Assembly (NCBI GenBank): GCA_963798475.1
Contig: CAWCTI010000018.1
Span: 140,976-204,975, forward strand
Length of the DNA: 64,000 nucleotides
Direction: 5' to 3'
DNA from: an uncultured delta proteobacterium
Lineage (GTDB): Bacteria > Desulfobacterota > Desulfomonilia > Desulfomonilales > Desulfomonilaceae
The position numbers were made by a program, and so were the translations under genes. The notes under the pieces are model-generated. The model saw nothing but the letters and a program-made list of their open reading frames with translations, made no database searches and was not told the DNA's origin. Below, one piece after another: positions 1-7,897 of the stretch (positions within the stretch are counted from its first letter, which is position 1; every line of letters begins with the position of its first letter).

Positions 1-1379
1 CTTATAAAGGCGTCGCCGCGAGGGTTTCGGCAATTTTAGATATTTCCGAAAGGTGGCTGGCTGAACAGGCTCTCAGCAATAACTCACAAAGGCTGAAAGC
101 GATTTTTGAAAGCGCCCGAGACTGCATTTTCATTATGGACCGAGACTGTAGGTACGTTCACGTCAATCCTGCAATGACCGGCCTTCTGAAACTTCCGACA
201 TTTCGAATTATTGGGCGAACTTCGGAAGAGGTTTTCGGAAAATCAGTAGGCAAACACCTCAGAGAGGTCGAAAACAGAATCCTCAATGGCGAGTCCATCG
301 AAGAAGAGCATACTCGGCCCGTAAACGGTGAACCTATGACTTTCCTTGACACGCTGGTGCCTTTGTTCAATTACAGGGGAGAAATCTACGGCATTTGCGG
401 GATCTCGCGAAACATTACCGAACGGAAGAGGGTTTCTCCAGCTTCGACAACCAAACCATGGAATTACCCGTCTCCAGCCATGAGGGCGGTGATGGAAAAG
501 GCAGGTCAAATCGCTGCAAAAGAAGGCATGATTCTGTTGTTGGGCGAGAGCGGCACGGGTAAGGATCATCTAGCCCGTTGGATTCACGAACACTCAAGAC
601 GTTCAACTAACCCATTCTTTTCTGTCAACTGCGCCGCATTACCGCAGGAGCTTGCCGAGTCCGAGTTGTTCGGGCACGAGTCCGGCGCCTTCACCGGCGC
701 GAAAAATCGCAAAAGAGGTCTTCTAGAATTAGCTGAGGGCGGCACACTACTTTTGAACGAGATCGGCGAGCTTGCCCCAGTCCTCCAGGCAAAACTGCTG
801 AGCTTCCTGGACACGCGGTCGTTTCTCAGAGTGGGAGGAGAAAAAAGCGTGCGGGTGGACGCCCGAATCATTGCAGCCACGCACAGGGACCTGGAAAAGG
901 AGGTTAAAGAGGGTAGATTTCTTCAACCATTGTTTTACCGCCTGAACGTATTTTCTATTACAATTCCTTCCCTTCGGGAGAGGTTGGAGGATATCCCAGT
1001 TCTCGTTGAGGAGATTTTCTCCCGTGTAGCCGCTGAGATGCACCTCACTGAAAGACCTTCGATCGATAGCTCCACATTGGCCACCCTTGCGCTCTACGAT
1101 TGGCCCGGAAACGTTAGGGAATTACGGAATGTCCTCGAACGGGCGCTGATGCTATGGGATAATGGAGATCTCGAGCTGTTGCCACCGATTAGCGAAGCGC
1201 TTTCGGGCGAATGGTCTTATCGTGTGCCAACATCGCCGAAGAAAACCCTCCACGAGTTGACGGAAGATTTCCGAAGATCGATTTGTTTGGAGATGATCAG
1301 GCGATACGGCAACAAGAAAGAAGCCGCTCAAGCACTTGGCATATCGAGGGATTCTCTTTACCGGTACATCGGTTCCTGA
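1..1379 (+). CDS. sigma-54-dependent transcriptional activator (PAS sensor + AAA+ domain + Fis-type HTH), 5' end outside window
   Basis: Frame 3 is open from nt 3 with no stop before the listed ATG at 135, so the gene begins upstream of the window. PAS-like N-part. Walker A is LLLGESGTGKD, the sigma-54 contact loop is ESGAFTGA, and the C-terminal HTH is AAQALGISRDSLYRYI. Confidence 0.9.
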   Translation, partial: YKGVAARVSAILDISERWLAEQALSNNSQRLKAIFESARDCIFIMDRDCRYVHVNPAMTGLLKLPTFRIIGRTSEEVFGKSVGKHLREVENRILNGESIEEEHTRPVNGEPMTFLDTLVPLFNYRGEIYGICGISRNITERKRVSPASTTKPWNYPSPAMRAVMEKAGQIAAKEGMILLLGESGTGKDHLARWIHEHSRRSTNPFFSVNCAALPQELAESELFGHESGAFTGAKNRKRGLLELAEGGTLLLNEIGELAPVLQAKLLSFLDTRSFLRVGGEKSVRVDARIIAATHRDLEKEVKEGRFLQPLFYRLNVFSITIPSLRERLEDIPVLVEEIFSRVAAEMHLTERPSIDSSTLATLALYDWPGNVRELRNVLERALMLWDNGDLELLPPISEALSGEWSYRVPTSPKKTLHELTEDFRRSICLEMIRRYGNKKEAAQALGISRDSLYRYIGS

Positions 1380-1631
1380 CATGTGTCAGCGATTTCCGAC
1401 AGACCAAACCGCTCGTGTCCTAATTCTCTGACATGAAATTGAGTCGCTGAAGGTCACGTCAGAACATGCTGACACGAGCTGGCACGCCCTTCCAAAAACT
1501 GCCGTTTATACCAACGTTCATATGTGAAATAACCCTGCAAAATTAGATTGTTATCTGCTTTCCTCATTTCTGGGGGGAATTGGCGCCAGTATTGCTCTAT
1601 TCAGGGCAATCAGGAAAAGGAGGTAATTATC

Positions 1632-1889
1632 ATGAAAGGATTTCGTCTGTTTTTTATGCTGGCGTTGTTGACAGCCTTCACGGTCGGTACGGCATATGCC
1701 GCCGACTACTATGTGTTCGCAAACCAACACGGCCAGAGAACTGTTCTCGACCACGTCCCCAGTGCTGGCTGGACATTAATCGACGGCCCGTACGCTACCT
1801 TGGATATGGCCAAACGAGGTGGGGGGATAGGGACTTTTGTAACCCCGGGAGGCGGAAGGTTCTCGACACCGGCCAAAGCGGCATTTTAA
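1632..1889 (+). CDS. small secreted hypothetical protein (85 aa)
   Basis: An internal ATG at 1632 is preceded by aggaaaaggagg. The N-terminus MKGFRLFFMLALLTAFTVGTAYA-AD looks like a Sec signal peptide. No recognisable domain. Confidence 0.5.
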   Translation: MKGFRLFFMLALLTAFTVGTAYAADYYVFANQHGQRTVLDHVPSAGWTLIDGPYATLDMAKRGGGIGTFVTPGGGRFSTPAKAAF

Positions 1890-2053
1890 ATGCCATTAAT
1901 TAATTGACATGATGTTTGTCGGGCCGCTTCCCACGCTGGGAATCCGGCCCATTCGAGCAAGTATCCGAGAGCCCTCACTCATGGGGCCTGATTTTAGAAA
2001 GATGCCGACTGATGAAAGCGAGAGCGAAATCCTGGGCAAAGAGAGGTGCTATT

Positions 2054-3289
2054 ATGATGCATCATTCCGAACTACTAAAAGCCAAAATTTTTATTTGGCC
2101 CAGAGACAACGGAACAATTAAGTATCGCAAGACGCCAGGAAGATATTGTTTTCAAGTATCGAAACTGTTCATAGATGCGATACACGCAATCTTAATTAAG
2201 GATTTGGAGGCCAATGTCGTTGACCTAAATCGAGCTGCTGGAGAGGTCTGCAGTTTGGGTATGGCCGAGTTGTTAGGGGGACCTTTGGCAACAATGGTTT
2301 CTCCAGACCGAATGTCAGGAACAAAAGAGTTTCATGAACGTTACGAGCGTGGAGAGAAGGTTGAAAGAGTAGAAACCGCCCCGGCAACCAAGTCCGAACC
2401 TATTGATCTGGTAATGTTCAGCCCACTGCCCATCAGGAACGAGCTAGGTGAGCCGCCAAGTACAGAGACCACGATAAAATGCCAGGGCAATCTCAAGCGC
2501 ACTCATCAAGAACTTCGTGCTCAGGTGGAATCACTGGAACGCAGTAACAAGAATTTGGAAGAATTTGCGTATGTGGCTGCGCACGATTTAAGAGAGCCGC
2601 TCCTATCGATTGCCGGCTACATAAAGCTCCTGGAACGGCACATGGGTAAGATGTTGGACGCACAGGCTCACAAATTTATTGACCATGCGTTTGATACGAT
2701 TACTCGAATGGATGGTCTTATTCAAAGCATATTGTCGTGTTCTCGTGAGGACAGTGAGGCTCGGGATTTAAATCCGACTGACTGTAACAGCGTTCTGGCG
2801 AAGGCTCTGTCTAATCTTAAATCATCATTGCAGGCAAGCGGCGCTAAAGTGATCTATGAACCTCTTCCTACAGTAATAGCGAATCCGTCCCAACTGGTCC
2901 AGGTATTTCAAAACCTTGTGAGCAACGCTATCCGGTTTGCCGGTGATGAGCCACTCAGGATCCATATCGGCGCTCAACGCGAAGAAAACGTATGGAAATT
3001 TTTTGTTAAAGACAATGGCATGGGGATTGAACCACCTTATTTTGACCGAATCTTTCGCATTTTTCAGCGGATTAACTCAGACCCGGAGCGTTCCGGAACC
3101 GGTATAGGCTTAGCCAACTGCAAGAAAATCATAGAACGTCACGGAGGACGGATTTGGGTAGAATCCAAACCTGGCAAAGGCGCAACCTTTTTCTTCACCA
3201 TGCCGGTTGGTGTGAATCGGGTTAGCAAACCGAGAATGGGGTTTAGCCGAAATGGAAACCACCAACAATTGCGAGTTGGGGCACCGTAA
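2054..3289 (+). CDS. sensor histidine kinase (HisKA + HATPase_c), start uncertain (ORF open from 1916; ATGs at 2012 and 2054)
   Basis: H-box is EFAYVAAHDLREPL. N box is NLVSNAIRF. G boxes are DNGMGI and GTGIGLANCKKI. A coiled-coil linker precedes the H-box. Confidence 0.85.
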   Translation: MMHHSELLKAKIFIWPRDNGTIKYRKTPGRYCFQVSKLFIDAIHAILIKDLEANVVDLNRAAGEVCSLGMAELLGGPLATMVSPDRMSGTKEFHERYERGEKVERVETAPATKSEPIDLVMFSPLPIRNELGEPPSTETTIKCQGNLKRTHQELRAQVESLERSNKNLEEFAYVAAHDLREPLLSIAGYIKLLERHMGKMLDAQAHKFIDHAFDTITRMDGLIQSILSCSREDSEARDLNPTDCNSVLAKALSNLKSSLQASGAKVIYEPLPTVIANPSQLVQVFQNLVSNAIRFAGDEPLRIHIGAQREENVWKFFVKDNGMGIEPPYFDRIFRIFQRINSDPERSGTGIGLANCKKIIERHGGRIWVESKPGKGATFFFTMPVGVNRVSKPRMGFSRNGNHQQLRVGAP

Positions 3290-3367
3290 GACAGGGAACA
3301 CTGAGGAGGTCCAAATGACACATGGTGACAAAATCGCAATAATTTAGAACCTGAAGGAGACGATCCA

Positions 3368-4015
3368 ATGTCCAAAATTAGGGAAATCAGGGGAGCCATC
3401 GATACGAAATTAGATCAATGGGAAGCCAGCGCTACGGCGGCAGCAACCCTATTACAACAAACAAAAGGAGAGGCTATACATCAATTTGAAGAACGCAAGA
3501 AATATCTTAGCGACACTTTAGAGAAGTTTAAGTCAGAATTGGCGAAGACCAAAGAAACAACGAATGAAAATGTGAAGGAAATTCTGACGAAGTTTGAACA
3601 CTTAAGAGTCCATTTGGCTTTAGGCAAGGCGGAAACGAGAGATTCATTTGAGACCCAAAAGAAGAGGATCCAATACTCAATTACCGGACTCGAAGCTGCT
3701 ATCGACCGACACTTAGAGGCTTCATGTCAAGCTATCCATGAATCCTTGCGAAAGGCGGCAAACGAATTCATTGTAGCTGCCATCAGGTTGGAGGCCGAGA
3801 TGGAGTTTTTGGCAATTCAATTTGAAGTCAAAAAGGATGATTCTTGGTCCAGGTTTACCTATGAAAAGAGAGCGCTGATTCTGCAAATCAATCGATATAA
3901 AGACCAACTTGAAGAAAAGAAGCGAATGACCCAGGATAGAGTTGCCACTTTTGAAGGTGACTTATCGGATGGCATGTCACAGATCAAGGGAGCCTTTAAG
4001 AAACTGGTATACTGA
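3368..4015 (+). CDS. 215-aa all-helical/coiled-coil protein of unknown function (paralogue A)
   Basis: RBS gaaggag lies 7-8 nt upstream of the ATG. No signal peptide or TM segment, and a charged helical composition. It aligns without gaps to the protein at 32606..33253 (about 60% identity by hand count). Confidence 0.8.
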   Translation: MSKIREIRGAIDTKLDQWEASATAAATLLQQTKGEAIHQFEERKKYLSDTLEKFKSELAKTKETTNENVKEILTKFEHLRVHLALGKAETRDSFETQKKRIQYSITGLEAAIDRHLEASCQAIHESLRKAANEFIVAAIRLEAEMEFLAIQFEVKKDDSWSRFTYEKRALILQINRYKDQLEEKKRMTQDRVATFEGDLSDGMSQIKGAFKKLVY

Positions 4016-4409
4016 GAAGAGATTAAAAAAAGGGTTCCGTACGTGACAGGGCATTCGGTAGCCGTCGAGCCAGGCCATAAAGGTGGCTGTCTTTCGACCC
4101 TTAGGGATGTTGTGACTTATTTCAAAGGATTCTGGACTGATTCTGTTTGAGAAAGGATTAAGAATGCTCGTTGACAAGAAATTCGATGATTTGATCAGGG
4201 CTGACTGGAATGTGCTCGAAAGCGATTTCAACACAGACGCTCTTCAAAACTGGGAAAAGCAAGCTTCCAGTGGTTCGCCGATCTGGTAGGATCGGACCAA
4301 ATCGACTCATTCTTTTTGAGGACTATGTCAAACAGGCAGATGAAATGGGCGTTCTCACGGGCACCGGTATTCTTACCACAGCTAAAGAGCAATTGGCGAA
4401 GAACAGCTA

Positions 4410-4454
4410 GACGCAGAGATAAATACCAATGTTTAATTATGCAACTGGTGCCGC
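4410..4454. repeat. left 45-bp terminal inverted repeat
   Basis: gacgcagagataaataccaatgtttaattatgcaactggtgccgc. It matches the reverse complement of 4832..4876 at 43 of 45 positions. Flanked by TA at 4408-4409. Confidence 0.9.
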
Positions 4455-4528
4455 TTTTAGCAAGGGCGCCACAACAGATGACCAAGAGGTCAAGAATACT
4501 TTTTTGGATCAAGGAAGGAGACTTGAAA

Positions 4529-4819
4529 ATGGAAAAACAGCCAAAGCAATTCGAAAAGCGTTTGAGCGTCTTGGGTTGGATGTGTGAAACCAAGCTAATG
4601 TGGCTTAAATGCTTGGTAGTATCCATCGGCTTGATTGGGCTTGCTGAAATCTTTATCGGTGGAGAAGGTTGGGGGGGGGCGTGTAGCGTGCCATCATGCG
4701 AAATTAAGTATTGTAACTGCAAATTTCCGGGGACTGCTGGAACAGTGTGGGTCCCCAAGGGTTACTGTAGAGACAATTACGGCGAATGTGCGAAGGACGG
4801 CGAAAATAGTGGAGAGTAG
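4529..4819 (+). CDS. 96-aa membrane-anchored Cys-rich mini-protein encoded inside the TIR element
   Basis: Strong RBS aaggaaggag lies 8-9 nt upstream of ATG 4529. Sequence is MEKQPKQFEKRLSVLGWMCETKLMWLKCLVVSIGLIGLAEIFIGG, then a C-terminal tail with the pattern C-x4-C-x4-C-x-C-x15-C-x6-C. A G9 run at 4671-4679 lies in frame (GWGGA). Confidence 0.4.
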   Translation: MEKQPKQFEKRLSVLGWMCETKLMWLKCLVVSIGLIGLAEIFIGGEGWGGACSVPSCEIKYCNCKFPGTAGTVWVPKGYCRDNYGECAKDGENSGE

Positions 4820-4831
4820 CGGTCGAAAGGT

Positions 4832-4876
4832 GCGGCACCAGTTGCATAATTAAACGTTGGTATTTATCTCTGTGTC
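4832..4876. repeat. right 45-bp terminal inverted repeat
   Basis: gcggcaccagttgcataattaaacgttggtatttatctctgtgtc, the reverse complement of the left repeat with 2 mismatches. Flanked by TA at 4877-4878. Confidence 0.9.
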
Positions 4877-5128
4877 TAAAGCGCAACATATAGAGACGGC
4901 TAAACAGGCTCTAATGACAACTTTGCGGGCAGTCACGAAGTGATGAAATCGATAATCTGTTGATTCTATTTACTTAAACGTTGGGACACTATTGGTTGTC
5001 ATTGTATTACGGGATGACGTTCCCTTTACCTCCATCTCTACCGTGAAAAAAATAATCGCTTATGATGGGTTTGGCGTTGAACTCAACAGCAATGTGGATG
5101 TATAAAAGCCAGGAAATAGTAATGGGTG

Positions 5129-5353
5129 AACCCCCGGCTCTGCCCTGAGCATGTCCCATAAGTGTCTCGCTGAACACCGAGAGCGGACGTTACGCAGGGA
5201 TAACTATTTGAAAATGTTGATGAGTCACAATTTGATTTTGAGAGTTGTTGCTGCAGTCCAGATTTAGTGTCCATTATAAATTCATTATGTTAGCTATCCT
5301 TTACGGTGTCCAGCCAATAGATGTAGGGCATGCTCAGGGCTTTGCCGGAGGTT
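5129..5353. repeat. imperfect inverted-repeat pair (25-nt arms, 21/25 complementary) enclosing about 175 bp
   Basis: aacccccggctctgccctgagcatg (5129-5153) pairs with catgctcagggctttgccggaggtt (5329-5353). The core 12-mer gccctgagcatg/catgctcagggc is perfect. Confidence 0.45.
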
Positions 5354-5387
5354 TCTGACTTAGACATATCGAGTTGGGAAGGTTGAA

Positions 5388-5401
5388 TTCATTCGAATGA
5401 A
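5388..5401. promoter_or_regulatory. perfect 14-bp palindrome TTCATTCGAATGAA upstream of the HlyD/ABC-2 operon (candidate operator)
   Basis: Seen directly. It lies about 160 nt upstream of the 5559 start. Confidence 0.2.
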
Positions 5402-5558
5402 CGAAAATCCGCCGAACACATGGCCTTTGGCGGTTGTTAGCCCTACTTTGTGTAGCAGCCTTATCGGAGGTGATCCAATGAGACAAGAAAAGGATGTTTA
5501 CAGATGAGCAACAGACAAAACAGGCCTCATTTCGTTAGGCCAAGAAGGGAGAGGTAAC

Positions 5559-6695
5559 GTGGACGAGGACACTGTCTCTACGGAACCCGAATCGGCTTCG
5601 GACTCGGCCCCAGTCGGCGATCGTCCCCCTACGGCATCTGCTCCAAATATGCAACAAGCGCTTTCCGAAAACGTTCGCGAGCAACAGTTTCCAGAAAAAG
5701 ACTCATCGCGGAAAGCTCGACTATTCAAGATCTTACTCGGCGCACTCCTTGGGCTCGCTCTGGTGGCAGTGGCTTTCTGGTTTATCTTGAAACCCGAGGC
5801 GCTGCTGGTACAAGGCGAAGTGGATGCGACCGAAGTCAAGTTGGCGCCAAAGGTGGTCGGACGTGTGCAAGAACTGTATGTTCATAAAGGGGACGCTGTC
5901 AAAAAGGGGCAAGTGCTGGTCCAACTCGAGAGTCTGGATTTGCGGGCTAAGCTGGCACAGGCAAAGGCCGACCTAGACCATGCCAAGCATGAGCTTGACA
6001 AAGTTAACCGAGGTTCACGAGAAGAAGAGATTCGCGCAGCGGCCAACAACTGGGCCAAGGCCAGGTCGCAGGCCGAACAAGCGGAAAGAGATTTCAATAG
6101 ATTCAAAACCTTACGAGAACAAGAGGCTATTAGCCAACAGAAATTGGAGGATGCTGAGCGGGATTGGAAAATGGCTCGGGATTCGGAAAGAGCTTTGAAA
6201 GCTGTCCTAGATCAGGCGGAGGCCGGTTACAGAGAGGAAGACAAGAGCGCCGCCGCTGCGCAATACAAGGCAGCTGAGGAACACGTAGCTGAAGTACAAG
6301 CGCTTGTGAGCGAATTGAAACTCATGGCTCCCATCGATGGGGAGGTGGTCGATCGCATTGTGGAACCGGGGGAATTGGTCAGTCCAGGATTCCCAATAGT
6401 GAGTCTGGTGGACCTAAATGACGTGTGGGTGACCTTCAATCTGCGTGAAGATTTGCTGGCAAAGATCCGAATGGGCAGTATCTTCACCGTTCGGATTCCG
6501 GCGTTGGGCAACAAGGACATTAAGTTCAAAGTCAACTACATCTCGGCTCGAGGTGATTTTGCGACGTGGCGCGCTACCAGGGCATCTGGTGATTTTGATT
6601 TGAAGACTTTTGAAGTGCGTGGTGTGCCGATTGAGCCGGTGGAAGGCCTTCGGCCTGGCATGAGCGCGCTTGTGACAAAGAAGGCACCGGATTAG
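5559..6695 (+). CDS. HlyD-family membrane fusion (periplasmic adaptor) protein
   Basis: GTG start after gggagagg. Low-complexity N-tail, one TM (LLGALLGLALVAVAFWFIL), a long coiled-coil hairpin, lipoyl-like and beta-barrel segments (GDAVKKGQVLVQLE, APIDGEVV). Confidence 0.85.
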   Translation: MDEDTVSTEPESASDSAPVGDRPPTASAPNMQQALSENVREQQFPEKDSSRKARLFKILLGALLGLALVAVAFWFILKPEALLVQGEVDATEVKLAPKVVGRVQELYVHKGDAVKKGQVLVQLESLDLRAKLAQAKADLDHAKHELDKVNRGSREEEIRAAANNWAKARSQAEQAERDFNRFKTLREQEAISQQKLEDAERDWKMARDSERALKAVLDQAEAGYREEDKSAAAAQYKAAEEHVAEVQALVSELKLMAPIDGEVVDRIVEPGELVSPGFPIVSLVDLNDVWVTFNLREDLLAKIRMGSIFTVRIPALGNKDIKFKVNYISARGDFATWRATRASGDFDLKTFEVRGVPIEPVEGLRPGMSALVTKKAPD

Positions 6696-6712
6696 GGGAA
6701 GGGCTTCTGAAC

Positions 6713-7897
6713 ATGGAGAGCCAACTACTGTCCGGCTTCGGGAGCGTATTGGAACGAGAGGGGCGGCGCATGCTATCCCGGCCGATTTATTTTGTGCTGA
6801 TAGTAGTGATGCCACTGCTCACCATGACGGTCCCGCACGCTATATTTCGGCAGGGCGTGCCACGCAAACTGCCCATAGCTGTTTGCGATCTGGACCATTC
6901 TCAACTGTCTAGAGGCCTCTCACGGTCGTTAGATGCCAATCCGTATTTGCGAGTCACCGATCAGGTTACCGATGCTGAGTCAGGCAGACAACTGCTGCTC
7001 TCTGGCCGAGTGTATATGCTGGTCGTGCTGCCAAGGGACTTGGAGCGGGATGTGGATCTTGGTCGTTCTACGAAACTTGCCAGCTTCTATAACAACCAAT
7101 GGTTTTCCGTGGGCGGCATTGTCAATCGTGAACAGGGCAACGTTATAAACCGAGAGGTCATGCGCCTGAAACTCCGCTTTTACATGAGTAGCGGAAAGCT
7201 ACCTGATACCGCCGCGACCCAAAGCAATCCTGTGCGCGTTGACACACACATGCTGTTCAATCCTTTTTTGAATTACGAGAATTTTCTGGCAATGCCGCTG
7301 GTGCCCACTTTGCTGCAAATAGTGGTCACAATGACCACTATTTTCGTCATTGGATTGGAGCTAAAGCAGGGGACTGCCACTCAATGGTTGCAAGCGGCCG
7401 GAGGCAATTTAGACATTGCATTGTTGGGCAAGCTTCTCCCATATACCATTGTCTTTGTGGTCATGGCAGCGACGTTCAACGCCTGGCTCTTCAGACTCGT
7501 GGAAATACCTCAACGAGGTAGTATTTTTTTCCTCTGGATCGCGACGATTGCGATGGTGTTGGCTTACCAGGCGGTCGGAATTGTCTTCATCGCTGTCTGT
7601 GGCAGTCTGCGGCTAGCCCTGAGCGCAGCGACGATCTACTGTGGTCCAGCTTTTGCCTTTGGCGGTATTACCTTTCCTTTACTCGCCATGACCGTGGGGG
7701 GAAAGGTCTGGAGCGCTATCCTCCCGCTGCCGCATTTTCTGGAGATTCTCGTGGACCAAGCCATTCGTGGCGCTCCTTGGCGTCAATCGATTCTTGCTCT
7801 TGGGGTTTTGATGGGGTTTGCTCTGCTCGGTCCTGCTTTTGCGCATCTGCGTCTGCGCCGCGTCTTAGTTGACCTGCGTTATTTGGGAAAAACATGA
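6713..7897 (+). CDS. ABC-2 type transporter permease (YhhJ/YbhS-like)
   Basis: N-terminal TM, a large extracytoplasmic loop, then a C-terminal bundle of hydrophobic helices. Follows the HlyD gene after 17 nt. Confidence 0.85.
   Translation: MESQLLSGFGSVLEREGRRMLSRPIYFVLIVVMPLLTMTVPHAIFRQGVPRKLPIAVCDLDHSQLSRGLSRSLDANPYLRVTDQVTDAESGRQLLLSGRVYMLVVLPRDLERDVDLGRSTKLASFYNNQWFSVGGIVNREQGNVINREVMRLKLRFYMSSGKLPDTAATQSNPVRVDTHMLFNPFLNYENFLAMPLVPTLLQIVVTMTTIFVIGLELKQGTATQWLQAAGGNLDIALLGKLLPYTIVFVVMAATFNAWLFRLVEIPQRGSIFFLWIATIAMVLAYQAVGIVFIAVCGSLRLALSAATIYCGPAFAFGGITFPLLAMTVGGKVWSAILPLPHFLEILVDQAIRGAPWRQSILALGVLMGFALLGPAFAHLRLRRVLVDLRYLGKT

Larger units (their letters stand above)
4410..4876. mobile_element. 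467-bp non-autonomous TIR element (MITE-like, TA target-site duplication) carrying one small ORF
   Basis: 45-bp near-perfect TIRs sit directly inside a TA/TA duplication. The element has no transposase gene. TA duplication is the hallmark of IS630/Tc1-mariner type transposition. Confidence 0.5.

Noticed and set aside
1480-1495. Possible sigma-54 promoter (TGGCACgccctTCCA) upstream of the small secreted protein gene, next to the sigma-54 activator
   Set aside because: The -24 TGGCAC is perfect, but the -12 element lacks the conserved GC at the correct spacing (TCCA instead of TTGC). That is not enough to call a promoter.
4228-4758. 176-aa minus-strand ORF, and the 5' extension of the 4316..4819 ORF
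   Set aside because: Both run through the inverted repeats, which produce mirror-image peptide strings (DKYQCLIMQLVP / DKYQRLIMQLVP). Neither has an RBS. Only the 4529 start inside the plus-strand frame has a credible translation signal.
4410-4876. Interpretation of the TIR-bounded segment as an invertase-driven phase-variable switch
   Set aside because: No tyrosine or serine recombinase gene lies within many kb. The TA/TA flanks fit transposition better. This reading is kept only as a possibility, testable with long reads.
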